This document shows positions 1-7,833 of a stretch of 16,557 bases of DNA, one piece after another. Below the pieces are notes generated by a model. That model was not told where the DNA came from, ran no database searches, and worked only from the letters and a program-made list of their open reading frames with translations. Numbering within the stretch: the first letter of the stretch is position 1; each line of letters opens with the position of its first letter. The position numbers and the translations under genes were made by a program. This DNA is from Fusobacteriota bacterium (GTDB lineage: Bacteria; Fusobacteriota; Fusobacteriia; Fusobacteriales; JBNJFI01): assembly GCA_051746725.1 (NCBI GenBank), contig JBNJFI010000044.1, positions 1 to 16,557 on the forward strand, in the 5' to 3' direction.

Positions 1-195
1 GATAAAAAGAATCATAAAACTTCTGTTATGGATAAATATGGAGCCACTAATCCAGCAGAATTTTTTGCAGTGGCAACAGAAACCTTTTTTGAAAAACCTG
101 ATCAACTGTATAAAAAGCATAAAGAGCTTTATAATGAATTGCAACAGTATTATAAGATAGATCCTAAATCATGGAAAAGGAATAGCAGTGAATAG
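1..195 (+). CDS. 3' end (partial) of MtfA-like zinc-dependent peptidase, M90 family
   Basis: Frame 1 reads DKKNHKTSVMDKYGATNPAEFFAVATETFFEKPDQLYKKHKELYNELQQYYKIDP...SE*, with TAG at 193-195. YGATNPAEFFAVATExFFE is the characteristic C-terminal motif of MtfA/M90. Not in the ORF track. Confidence 0.88.
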   Translation, partial: DKKNHKTSVMDKYGATNPAEFFAVATETFFEKPDQLYKKHKELYNELQQYYKIDPKSWKRNSSE

Positions 196-292
196 AGAAA
201 AGTGAAAACAAAAAAATTAATTAGCCACAAATTTTCACCAATTAAACACCAATATAATACAGATTAAAAATGCATGATAAAAAAAGGAGTAA

Positions 293-1855
293 ATGAAAAT
301 GAAAAAATGGAGTTTGAAATTAATGTTAGTTGTTATCGTTTTGATTGTTGTAGGTTGTTCTTTTAATCAAGATGGTGAGAAAAAGATAAAAACAGATCCT
401 ATTAAAGTTAAAGATGAACTTAGTCAAAATGGTGAGTCAGAATTAAATTATGACCCTGAGATTATGCAAGGTGAAACTTGGAAGAAACATCTAGTAGAAG
501 ATCTACTACCATTCTGGGAGTTAGACAGTTCACTTGGTGAGCCAGTTGGGAACTTTCCTACATATAGAACATTTGATGGTGATGAGGTTTATGAACCGAG
601 ACATCCAAGAATGATTGCAAGACAAATATACTTTTATAGTATGACATATTTGATGACTGGTCAGGAGAAATATTTGGAATACGCCAAAGCGGGAACGAAT
701 TGGTTAATTGATCATGCCTGGGACAAAGAAAATGGCGGATGGTACTGGGTGATTGATAAAAATGGAGATGCTTTTACAATGGAACAAATAAAAGAAAGTG
801 AGCCTGACACTGGATTTAAAGAAGGTCAGTACGGTAAATTTGCTCAAGACGCTTCTTACTGTGCAATGGGAATGGCTGCTTATTACTTTGTTACCAGAGA
901 TACTGAGGTAGAAGAATATATTTATAAAACTAGAGATTTAATAATGGATAAATACTGGGTAGAATCGGAAAATATATTATTGGATGGATTTAACTATGAT
1001 TTTACAGAGGAGATAGATCAAGAAGGTGGAGGTTATGAATTAGTTTCACTTTTGGATCAGATTAATGCCTATATGATGCTTTCTCAACCGGTGTTGTCAA
1101 CAGAAGCTAGACAGGAACAATTCTTGAATGATATGAGAGTTTTTGCAGATTCAATGATAGAAAATTATTATAAAAATGGGATATTCTGGGGTCAAATGGA
1201 TAATATAGGTGCCTTTAATACGAGACATGTTGATTTTGGGCATACTTTAAAATCATACTGGATGCTGCATCAACTGGATAAGAGACTAGATGATAATCCT
1301 TATCAGGATCTAGTAAATAATAATGTTGATAAATGGATCGATCTTGCTTATCAAGATGAATATGGTAAATGGGCAGATAAAATGACTTCATATGATAGTG
1401 TGAATTATAAGAACTCACAATGGTGGATATATGCAGAGGCCAATCAACTGACAGCAACTCTTAATATGGAAAGTGGAGAATACACAGATAAACTTAAAAA
1501 AACAATGAGTAATTGGATGGAATTGGTAGATCCTAAATATGGGAGTATTAATTATAGCATAAAACCTGATGGTAGTTGGTGGAATGATGGAAATGCAGAT
1601 GATTGGAAGACTGATTGGTGGAAAAATGGTTTTCATGAAGCTGAACATGCTTTGGTAATGTATATTCTTGGAAATGATCTTGAAAATAAAGATGTGGAAT
1701 TGTATTTTGCCATAGAAGATGAAAATACCGATACATTTATTGCAAAGCCTTATATTTATGATGGGACTGAAACTAGTAGAGAAGAGATAGAGGATATTGC
1801 AGTTGATGGAAAGAATTACAAAAAAGTGAAGGTTAGTTTTAAAGAGATAAATTAA
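293..1855 (+). CDS. Lipoprotein of the AGE (N-acylglucosamine 2-epimerase / cellobiose epimerase) superfamily, (alpha/alpha)6 barrel
   Basis: SD AAGGAG upstream; signal peptide with lipobox VVGC; AGE-type motifs LLPFW, ARQIY, WDKENGGWYW, VDFGH, WWIYAE, WKNGFH. Confidence 0.75.
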   Translation: MKMKKWSLKLMLVVIVLIVVGCSFNQDGEKKIKTDPIKVKDELSQNGESELNYDPEIMQGETWKKHLVEDLLPFWELDSSLGEPVGNFPTYRTFDGDEVYEPRHPRMIARQIYFYSMTYLMTGQEKYLEYAKAGTNWLIDHAWDKENGGWYWVIDKNGDAFTMEQIKESEPDTGFKEGQYGKFAQDASYCAMGMAAYYFVTRDTEVEEYIYKTRDLIMDKYWVESENILLDGFNYDFTEEIDQEGGGYELVSLLDQINAYMMLSQPVLSTEARQEQFLNDMRVFADSMIENYYKNGIFWGQMDNIGAFNTRHVDFGHTLKSYWMLHQLDKRLDDNPYQDLVNNNVDKWIDLAYQDEYGKWADKMTSYDSVNYKNSQWWIYAEANQLTATLNMESGEYTDKLKKTMSNWMELVDPKYGSINYSIKPDGSWWNDGNADDWKTDWWKNGFHEAEHALVMYILGNDLENKDVELYFAIEDENTDTFIAKPYIYDGTETSREEIEDIAVDGKNYKKVKVSFKEIN

Positions 1856-1952
1856 TTTATTTGGAAATAAGGATAATGCTAATATTTTAAATATATTGGT
1901 ATCAAAATATAAATTTTGAGAGAAAAATTATGATAAAATATTGAAGACTTTG

Positions 1953-1994
1953 AATTCTCTCTACAAAATCAAATTTGATTTTGTAGAGAGAATT
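1953..1994 (+). terminator. Perfect 42-bp palindrome, probable intrinsic terminator of the AGE-family gene
   Basis: AATTCTCTCTACAAAATCAAA|TTTGATTTTGTAGAGAGAATT followed by ACTTTTTCTT, about 100 nt after the stop codon. Confidence 0.65.
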
Positions 1995-2045
1995 ACTTTT
2001 TCTTAATTATTAAAATAGTCCTAAAAACAAAAATATATTTTTGTT

Positions 2046-2074
2046 TTGCTAAAACTCTTTTTATATGCTAAAAT
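2046..2074 (+). promoter_or_regulatory. sigma70-type promoter of the FAD oxidoreductase gene
   Basis: TTGCTA (2046-2051), 17-bp spacer, TGcTAAAAT extended -10 (hexamer 2069-2074). Confidence 0.6.
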
Positions 2075-2114
2075 ATACTGTGGATGAAAAAATACTAAAA
2101 AAGGTGGGATCAAC

Positions 2115-3515
2115 ATGAAGGAATATGATGTTATAATTATTGGAGGAGGACCAGCAGGAATATTTACTGCATATGAATTAAAAAAACAAAACCAAGATAT
2201 CGATGTTGTTATAATTGAAAAGGGAAAAGATATTTATAAGCGTCTATGTCCAAAAACTAACAAAGATGGAGAATGTGCTTACTGTGACCCATGTTCAATT
2301 ACAACAGGATGGGCAGGAGCAGGAGCTTATTCTGATGGAAAACTGTCTCTGTCACATGAGGTGGGAGGAAACCTACCTGAATATATTGGAGTTGAAAAAA
2401 CCCAGGAGATGATATCCTATGTAGATGAAATTTACTTAGATTTTGGAGCAACTAAAGAGGTCCATGGTGAATTTGAAACAGACGAAATGCAAAAAATAAG
2501 AAAGAAATCAATAGAAGCCAACTTAAAGCTTATTCATTGTCCAGTTAGGCATTTAGGAACAGAAAAAACGCAAAAATTATATACAAAGCTATATGAATAT
2601 CTCAAAGCGCAAGGTGTAGAAGTAATATTTGAAACAATGGTAAAAAATTTCATAATAGAAGATAATGAAGTAAAGGGTGTAATTACTAAAGAAGAAGATA
2701 AATATTATGGAAAAAGTACTGTTGCAACAGTTGGAAGAGAAGGATCTGAATGGTTAATGGATAGATGTAAAGAGCACAACATGCCTATGAAAATAGGAAC
2801 TGTGGATATAGGAGTCAGGGTAGAGTGTAGAAATGAAATTATGAAAGAGATAAACGAAAATTTATATGAAGGAAAAATGATACACTATACCAAGACATTT
2901 GATGATAAGGTTAGAACTTTTTGCTCAAACCCAGGAGGATTTGTGTCTTCGGAATATTATGATGATAAATTAGCAGTTGTAAATGGACATAGTTATAAAG
3001 ATAGAAAAAGCGATAATACAAACTTTGCATTATTGGTATCTAAAAACTTTACAGAGCCATTTAAGTCTCCAATTGAATATGGAAAGCATATAGCAAAATT
3101 AGCAAATATGTTAACCGAAAATAAAATATTAGTTCAAAGATTTGGAGATCTAATACGTGGAAGAAGAACATATGACCATAGACTTTATAGAAATAATATC
3201 ATTCCTACGTTAAAAGACGCCGTACCAGGTGACTTGAGTTTGGTATTACCACATAGAATACTCATGGATTTAATAGAGATGATATACGCACTTGATAACG
3301 TTACTCCAGGTATTGCAAGTGATGAAACTTTGCTTTATGGTGTAGAAGTTAAATTTTATTCTAATATAGTGAAAGTAAGGGATAATTTTGAAAGTAGTTC
3401 TTTAGATAACCTATTTTTAGGCGGAGATGGAGCTGGAATAACACGTGGATTGATGCAATCTTCTGTAAATGGAGTTTTATTAGCACGAAATATTTTAAAA
3501 AAATTGAATAAGTGA
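2115..3515 (+). CDS. NAD(P)/FAD-dependent oxidoreductase (COG2509-like uncharacterised flavoprotein)
   Basis: Rossmann GGGPAG motif; C-x8-CxxCxPC followed by GWAGAGAYSDGKL; VRTFCSNPGG, VNGHS, NTNFALL and GDGAGITRGL motifs; SD AAGGTGG. Confidence 0.88.
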   Translation: MKEYDVIIIGGGPAGIFTAYELKKQNQDIDVVIIEKGKDIYKRLCPKTNKDGECAYCDPCSITTGWAGAGAYSDGKLSLSHEVGGNLPEYIGVEKTQEMISYVDEIYLDFGATKEVHGEFETDEMQKIRKKSIEANLKLIHCPVRHLGTEKTQKLYTKLYEYLKAQGVEVIFETMVKNFIIEDNEVKGVITKEEDKYYGKSTVATVGREGSEWLMDRCKEHNMPMKIGTVDIGVRVECRNEIMKEINENLYEGKMIHYTKTFDDKVRTFCSNPGGFVSSEYYDDKLAVVNGHSYKDRKSDNTNFALLVSKNFTEPFKSPIEYGKHIAKLANMLTENKILVQRFGDLIRGRRTYDHRLYRNNIIPTLKDAVPGDLSLVLPHRILMDLIEMIYALDNVTPGIASDETLLYGVEVKFYSNIVKVRDNFESSSLDNLFLGGDGAGITRGLMQSSVNGVLLARNILKKLNK

Positions 3516-3522
3516 TATTAGA

Positions 3523-3558
3523 TATAATAAGGGTTCCCAGAAGGGAATCCTTATTATA
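3523..3558 (+). terminator. Intrinsic terminator hairpin
   Basis: TATAATAAGGGTTCCC-AGAA-GGGAATCCTTATTATA, a 16-bp stem with one G-U pair, just after the stop at 3515. Confidence 0.75.
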
Positions 3559-3662
3559 ATTTTATCTAAAATATTTCATATTATTAATTTAGTAAAAAAA
3601 TTAAAAATAAAAAGGAAAATATAATATATTTAGTATATTATTTGTTAGAGGAGGAGATACAA

Positions 3663-4001
3663 ATGATAGAATCATATAGCTTTGGAGAAATTAAAATCAA
3701 TGGCGTTAAGTATACTTCTGATGTTATAATTGCAGGAAAAAAGGTTATATCAGAATGGTGGAGAGATAGAGGTCACCATATGCAGATAAGTGATATGTCA
3801 GATGTAAATATCGATAAATATGATACAGTTATAATTGGTCAGGGATATAATGGGAAAATGAAAGTTGATGATAAGGTAAAAAGCTTTATAAAAGATAAAA
3901 ATAAAACCCTTTTTTGCAAAAATAGTACAGAAGCGGTTAAATTATATAATGAGTTATTCAAAAAAGAGAAGGTAGTTTTATTTATACATTTAACTTGTTA
4001 A
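3663..4001 (+). CDS. Mth938-like domain protein (DUF498 / NDUFAF3 / AAMDC family)
   Basis: MIESYSFGEIKINGVKYTSDVII, WWRxxGH, IIGQG and C-terminal HLTC. ATG 3663 follows SD GAGGAG, so it is preferred over TTG 3642. Confidence 0.88.
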   Translation: MIESYSFGEIKINGVKYTSDVIIAGKKVISEWWRDRGHHMQISDMSDVNIDKYDTVIIGQGYNGKMKVDDKVKSFIKDKNKTLFCKNSTEAVKLYNELFKKEKVVLFIHLTC

Positions 4002-4040
4002 TAGAATATTAATTATGTACTTAATTTAACAGGTATAATT

Positions 4041-4068
4041 TTGATATAATTACAATATATGGTATAAT
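4041..4068 (+). promoter_or_regulatory. Putative sigma70 promoter of the ABC transporter operon
   Basis: TTGATA (4041-4046), 16-bp spacer, TGgTATAAT (hexamer 4063-4068). Confidence 0.55.
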
Positions 4069-4106
4069 AAGCAGGTATTAGTATTAAGAGAAAAAAAACT
4101 CAAGGA

Positions 4107-4133
4107 GGAAAAAATGGAAAAAATGGAAAAAAT
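4107..4133 (+). repeat. Three perfect 9-bp tandem copies of GGAAAAAAT spanning the RBS and start codon
   Basis: GGAAAAAAT at 4107, 4116 and 4125; creates in-frame ATGs at 4114 and 4123. Confidence 0.9.
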
Positions 4134-4959
4134 TAAGTTAATAGTTATTTCGGTAATATTATCGTTATTTATTGTAGGATGTGGTGACGGGAATAAAACT
4201 GGTACTGATGAAGATGGAAGTAGCAAAAAAGATGTTTTAAGAGTGGGAATGGAATTAAAATGGCCACCATTTGAAACAATAACAGATGAAGGAGAAGCAA
4301 AGGGAATAAGTGTTGATTTAGCCAAAGAATTAGGAGATTATTTAGGAAGAGAAGTAAAAATAGTAGATACAGGATTTGGATCTTTGATTCCAGCCTTAGA
4401 AACCAATAAAATCGATATAATAATAGCTTCAATGAGTATAACAGAAGAAAGAGCTAGAAAAATAAATTTTACAAAACCATATTTTAATTTTTCAATGGTA
4501 ACTCTTTTGAATAAAAAAAGTAATATAGAAGATAAAGAGGAACTTTTTTCTAGAGAAGGAGTTAGATTTGTTGGACCTAAAAGTTTTGTTGCCCTTTCAA
4601 TTCCAGAAAAAAAGGCTAATAAACCAGTATTAAGAGAATTTGATGATAAGTCTAGTGCTGTTCTTGAAGTAATTCAAGGAAAAGCTGATGCATTTATTAT
4701 AGATGCAATAGCAGCTTCAGAATTTTATATGAAGTATCCAGAAAAAACAGAAATCTTATGGGATCCTATAGAGCAAACGCCAATAGGAATGGGAGTTAGA
4801 AAAAAAGACACTGAATTATTAAAAAAGGCAAATGAATTTTTAGATAAGGCTGAAGAAAATGGAGTTTATGACAGATTAGCTAAAAAGTATAATGATGTGA
4901 TTGCAGAAAGTTTACCTGGTCAAACTTTAGATTTCTATAGAGTCTCAGGAGATAAATAA
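4114..4959 (+). CDS. Polar amino-acid ABC transporter substrate-binding lipoprotein (SBP family 3)
   Basis: Lipobox IVGC; LRVGMELKWPPFE, GISVDLA, FGSLIPAL, MSITEER and FTKPY motifs; SD AAGGAGG. Confidence 0.92.
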   Translation: MEKMEKIKLIVISVILSLFIVGCGDGNKTGTDEDGSSKKDVLRVGMELKWPPFETITDEGEAKGISVDLAKELGDYLGREVKIVDTGFGSLIPALETNKIDIIIASMSITEERARKINFTKPYFNFSMVTLLNKKSNIEDKEELFSREGVRFVGPKSFVALSIPEKKANKPVLREFDDKSSAVLEVIQGKADAFIIDAIAASEFYMKYPEKTEILWDPIEQTPIGMGVRKKDTELLKKANEFLDKAEENGVYDRLAKKYNDVIAESLPGQTLDFYRVSGDK

Positions 4960-5720
4960 TGGATCTTAATAAAAAAGTGATAAAAGGGCTAAATTTCATT
5001 TTAGCCTTTTTTGTCTTCGTAATCTTAATATATATTGTAATACAAAAGTTGCCGTCGAGTAATTTTAGTTTTTCTTTTTTGAAACCATATAAATCACTAA
5101 TTTTTAGAGGATGGATGAATACGATTTTGGTAAGTATAATCTCCCTTTTTTGCAGCTTAGTAATAGGTTTTTTTATTTATATATTAACAATAAATAATAT
5201 TCCAATTATTCATCATTTTCTAAAATATATAGGCGTTATTTTTAATGAAATTATATTTGGATCGCCGCTTTTGGTATTTATATTAATTACCTATTATTTT
5301 ATAGGAACAGCATTTAATTATGAAAACCGAATGGTTTTGGGAATAAGTGCAATAAGTTTTTATATGGCTCCATATATGACAAATTTATTTAAAGGTGCCA
5401 TAGAATCAATTGAAAAAGAACAACATTTGACTGCTAAGATTTTTGGGTTTACTACTATTCAAAAATATAGACATATAATCTTACCACAAATTATAAAGAT
5501 TATAATGCCACCTTTAGCAGGGAATTTGACTTTCATAATAAAGGGAAGTGCTCTGCTTCAAATGATTGGATATAGAGAGCTTTTCTATACTATATCTACA
5601 GCTCAATCTAGAACTTATGCATTTACAGAGGGATATATTCTAATGTTAGGATTATACCTTCTTACAACTATTCCTTTAATTAGAATTACAACTTACTTAG
5701 AAAGAAGGTATTCACAATGA
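4959..5720 (+). CDS. Polar amino-acid ABC transporter permease (HisQ/GlnP type)
   Basis: Multiple TM segments; GSPLLV, GAIESIEKEQ..A..FG (EAA loop), IILPQ and IKGSAL; 1-nt overlap with the SBP gene. Confidence 0.9.
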   Translation: MDLNKKVIKGLNFILAFFVFVILIYIVIQKLPSSNFSFSFLKPYKSLIFRGWMNTILVSIISLFCSLVIGFFIYILTINNIPIIHHFLKYIGVIFNEIIFGSPLLVFILITYYFIGTAFNYENRMVLGISAISFYMAPYMTNLFKGAIESIEKEQHLTAKIFGFTTIQKYRHIILPQIIKIIMPPLAGNLTFIIKGSALLQMIGYRELFYTISTAQSRTYAFTEGYILMLGLYLLTTIPLIRITTYLERRYSQ

Positions 5721-6448
5721 ATCTAATATTAAATAATCTCAAAAAAGATTACGATATAAAAGTTTTAAAAGGTATAAATATCGACTTAAAAGAGAAACAT
5801 GTCATTGGTATAATAGGCCCAAGTGGAGGTGGCAAATCCACTCTACTCAGGTTATTAGCAGGTCTAGAAGAACCAACTAAGGGATCAATAATATTAAATG
5901 GATTAGAAATCAAAAAAGATAATCTTAAGGAATATCACAAAGAAGTTGGATTTGTATTCCAAAGTCATAGTTTATTTCCTCATTTAACAGTATTGGAAAA
6001 TATAACTGTAATTTTAGAAAAAATCCATAAAATAGATCCCAAAGAAGCAGAAAAAAAAGCAATTTATCTTTTAGATGAATTTGGTCTAATAGAACATGTA
6101 AATAAAAAGCCAAGTGAAATTAGTGGTGGTCAATCACAAAGAGTATCCATAGTAAGATCATTAGCCATAGAACCAGAAGTTCTCTTTTTTGATGAACCTA
6201 CAAGTTCTCTAGATCCAGTTTTGACTTACGATGTTTTAGAAACTATAAATAAATTAAAGGAAGAAAAAAAAGATTTTATTATAGTTACACATGAAATAGG
6301 TTTTGCAAGAGATGTGGCAGATTATATTTTATTTATAGATGAGGGGAAAATAATGGAACATGGAACTCCTGATATATTAGGGACTCCACAAACAGATAGT
6401 TTGAAAAATTTCTTATCAAAAGTATTGAGTTGGCATCAAACTGGCTAA
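5717..6448 (+). CDS. Polar amino-acid ABC transporter ATP-binding protein (GlnQ-like)
   Basis: Walker A GPSGGGKST, Q-loop VFQ, signature ISGGQ, Walker B FFDEPT, H-loop VTHE; ATGA overlap with the permease gene. Confidence 0.93.
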   Translation: MNLILNNLKKDYDIKVLKGINIDLKEKHVIGIIGPSGGGKSTLLRLLAGLEEPTKGSIILNGLEIKKDNLKEYHKEVGFVFQSHSLFPHLTVLENITVILEKIHKIDPKEAEKKAIYLLDEFGLIEHVNKKPSEISGGQSQRVSIVRSLAIEPEVLFFDEPTSSLDPVLTYDVLETINKLKEEKKDFIIVTHEIGFARDVADYILFIDEGKIMEHGTPDILGTPQTDSLKNFLSKVLSWHQTG

Positions 6449-6452
6449 AAAA

Positions 6453-6495
6453 GTTTTCGTTTGTAACATCTGTTACAGACGAAAACCATTTTTTT
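6453..6495 (+). terminator. Hairpin plus T-tract ending the ABC operon; overlaps the operator-like site
   Basis: GTTTTCGTTTGTAACA-TC-TGTTACAGACGAAAAC (one T-G pair) followed by CATTTTTTT. Confidence 0.6.
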
Positions 6496-6504
6496 AGGTA
6501 TAAT
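6461..6504 (+). promoter_or_regulatory. CRP/FNR-family (HcpR/NtcA-like) site TGTAACA-TC-TGTTACA plus a -10 box; class II activated promoter architecture
   Basis: Palindrome 6462-6477 with centre 6469.5; TATAAT at 6499-6504; no recognisable -35 (CAGACG). The centre falls at -41.5 if +1 is 6511. Confidence 0.6.
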
Positions 6505-6538
6505 CTTTACCATAGAGATAAAGAAAGGAGATGTTAAT

Positions 6539-7771
6539 ATGAATAATTATTTTAAAACAACGGATACTTTATATGATATAATAAATAAATATCCAGAAAC
6601 TTTAGATATATTTATATCAAAGGGATTTTCTCAAATGGAGGATAAAGAAAAACGAGAAAAATTTGGGAAAATGGTCAAGTTAAAAGATGCGTTAAAGATG
6701 AAAGAGATTGATATTGAGTCATTTGTAGAGCTCTTAGAAGATATTATAGTTCAAAATAGAGAAAGTGTAGAGGTAAGTGAGAGCAAAAAAGGGGAACAAG
6801 GTAAAGACGCTTTAAAAATACAAGGACTTTTACCGTGCCCAGTAAGATTACCTATGTTAGAAGCTCTAGAAGGATTTTTAGATGAAAATGAAGATATAAA
6901 ATCAAAGGTCACATATGATTTAAAAGCAGCGTCTATGGGTCTTGATTGGTTAAAAGAAGATGTCTTATCAGATGATACAGGAGATAGTCTAGCAGATATA
7001 TTTATTTCAGCGGGATTTGATCTCTTTTTTGATAATGAATTAATGGGTAAATTTAAAGAGAAAGATTTATTCAAAGATTATACTGAATTTGATAAGTTAA
7101 ATACTGATTTTGATAATGAAGAGATCGATTTAAAAGATCCCAAAAAAGATTACTCTATGATTGGAGTAGTCCCTGCAGTATTTTTAGTAAATAAAAATGA
7201 ACTAGGAGACAGAGAAATGCCTAAGACTTGGGAGGATATCTTAAAACCTGAGTTTAAAAATAGTGTAAGTCTTCCAATAGGAGATTTTGATCTATTTAAT
7301 GCAATATTACTAAATATATATAAGATGTATGGAGAAGAAGCTGTAATGAAATTAGGAGAAAGTTTAGTACAAAATCTACATCCATCTCAAATGGTAAAGT
7401 CTCATACCAAGACAAAACCACCTGTAATAACAATAATGCCATACTTTTTCACCAAAACTGTTAAAGAAGGTGGACCAATGGCCTTTGTTTGGCCAGAAGA
7501 TGGAGCCATTATAAGCCCTATATTTATGTTATCAAAGAAAAATAAGAAGCCTGGATTAAAAGAAACAGTAGACTTTTTTGCTTCAAAAAAGGTAGGAGAA
7601 ATTCTAGCTCATAAGGGATTATTTCCCAGCATCCATCCAGATGTTGATAATAGAATCCCCAAAGAGGATAAGTATATGTGGGTAGGATGGGATTATATAT
7701 ATGATAATGAAATAGGAAAATTAATAAATAAATGTGAAAAGTTATTTTACAAAAAAGTGAATATCGATTAA
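6539..7771 (+). CDS. DUF1858-domain + solute-binding-fold (AfuA/SBP_bac_6-like) protein with no signal peptide
   Basis: N-terminal TLYDIINKYPETLDIFISKGF...L.DA (DUF1858-like); LPCPV motif; PKTWEDIL and WPEDGAIISP SBP motifs; SD AAAGGAG. Confidence 0.78.
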   Translation: MNNYFKTTDTLYDIINKYPETLDIFISKGFSQMEDKEKREKFGKMVKLKDALKMKEIDIESFVELLEDIIVQNRESVEVSESKKGEQGKDALKIQGLLPCPVRLPMLEALEGFLDENEDIKSKVTYDLKAASMGLDWLKEDVLSDDTGDSLADIFISAGFDLFFDNELMGKFKEKDLFKDYTEFDKLNTDFDNEEIDLKDPKKDYSMIGVVPAVFLVNKNELGDREMPKTWEDILKPEFKNSVSLPIGDFDLFNAILLNIYKMYGEEAVMKLGESLVQNLHPSQMVKSHTKTKPPVITIMPYFFTKTVKEGGPMAFVWPEDGAIISPIFMLSKKNKKPGLKETVDFFASKKVGEILAHKGLFPSIHPDVDNRIPKEDKYMWVGWDYIYDNEIGKLINKCEKLFYKKVNID

Positions 7772-7789
7772 TATATGGATTTAATCCAA

Positions 7790-7825
7790 AAAAGGCTACT
7801 GAGTTTATAAACTCAGTAGCCTTTT
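7790..7825. terminator. Bidirectional intrinsic terminator (perfect 36-bp palindrome) between convergent genes
   Basis: AAAAGGCTACTGAGTTTA|TAAACTCAGTAGCCTTTT with flanking A- and T-tracts, between the stops at 7771 (+) and 7834 (-). Confidence 0.88.
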
Positions 7826-7833
7826 ATTTTATA

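Noticed and set aside
1215..1736. Three short minus-strand ORFs inside the AGE-family gene
   Set aside because: Antisense shadows of a well-supported CDS, with no recognisable motifs.
4050..7074. Minus-strand ORFs 4050-4325, 4169-4432, 5925-6113 and 6751-7074
   Set aside because: Shadow ORFs opposite real genes; their hydrophobic look comes from reverse-complementing A-rich codons.
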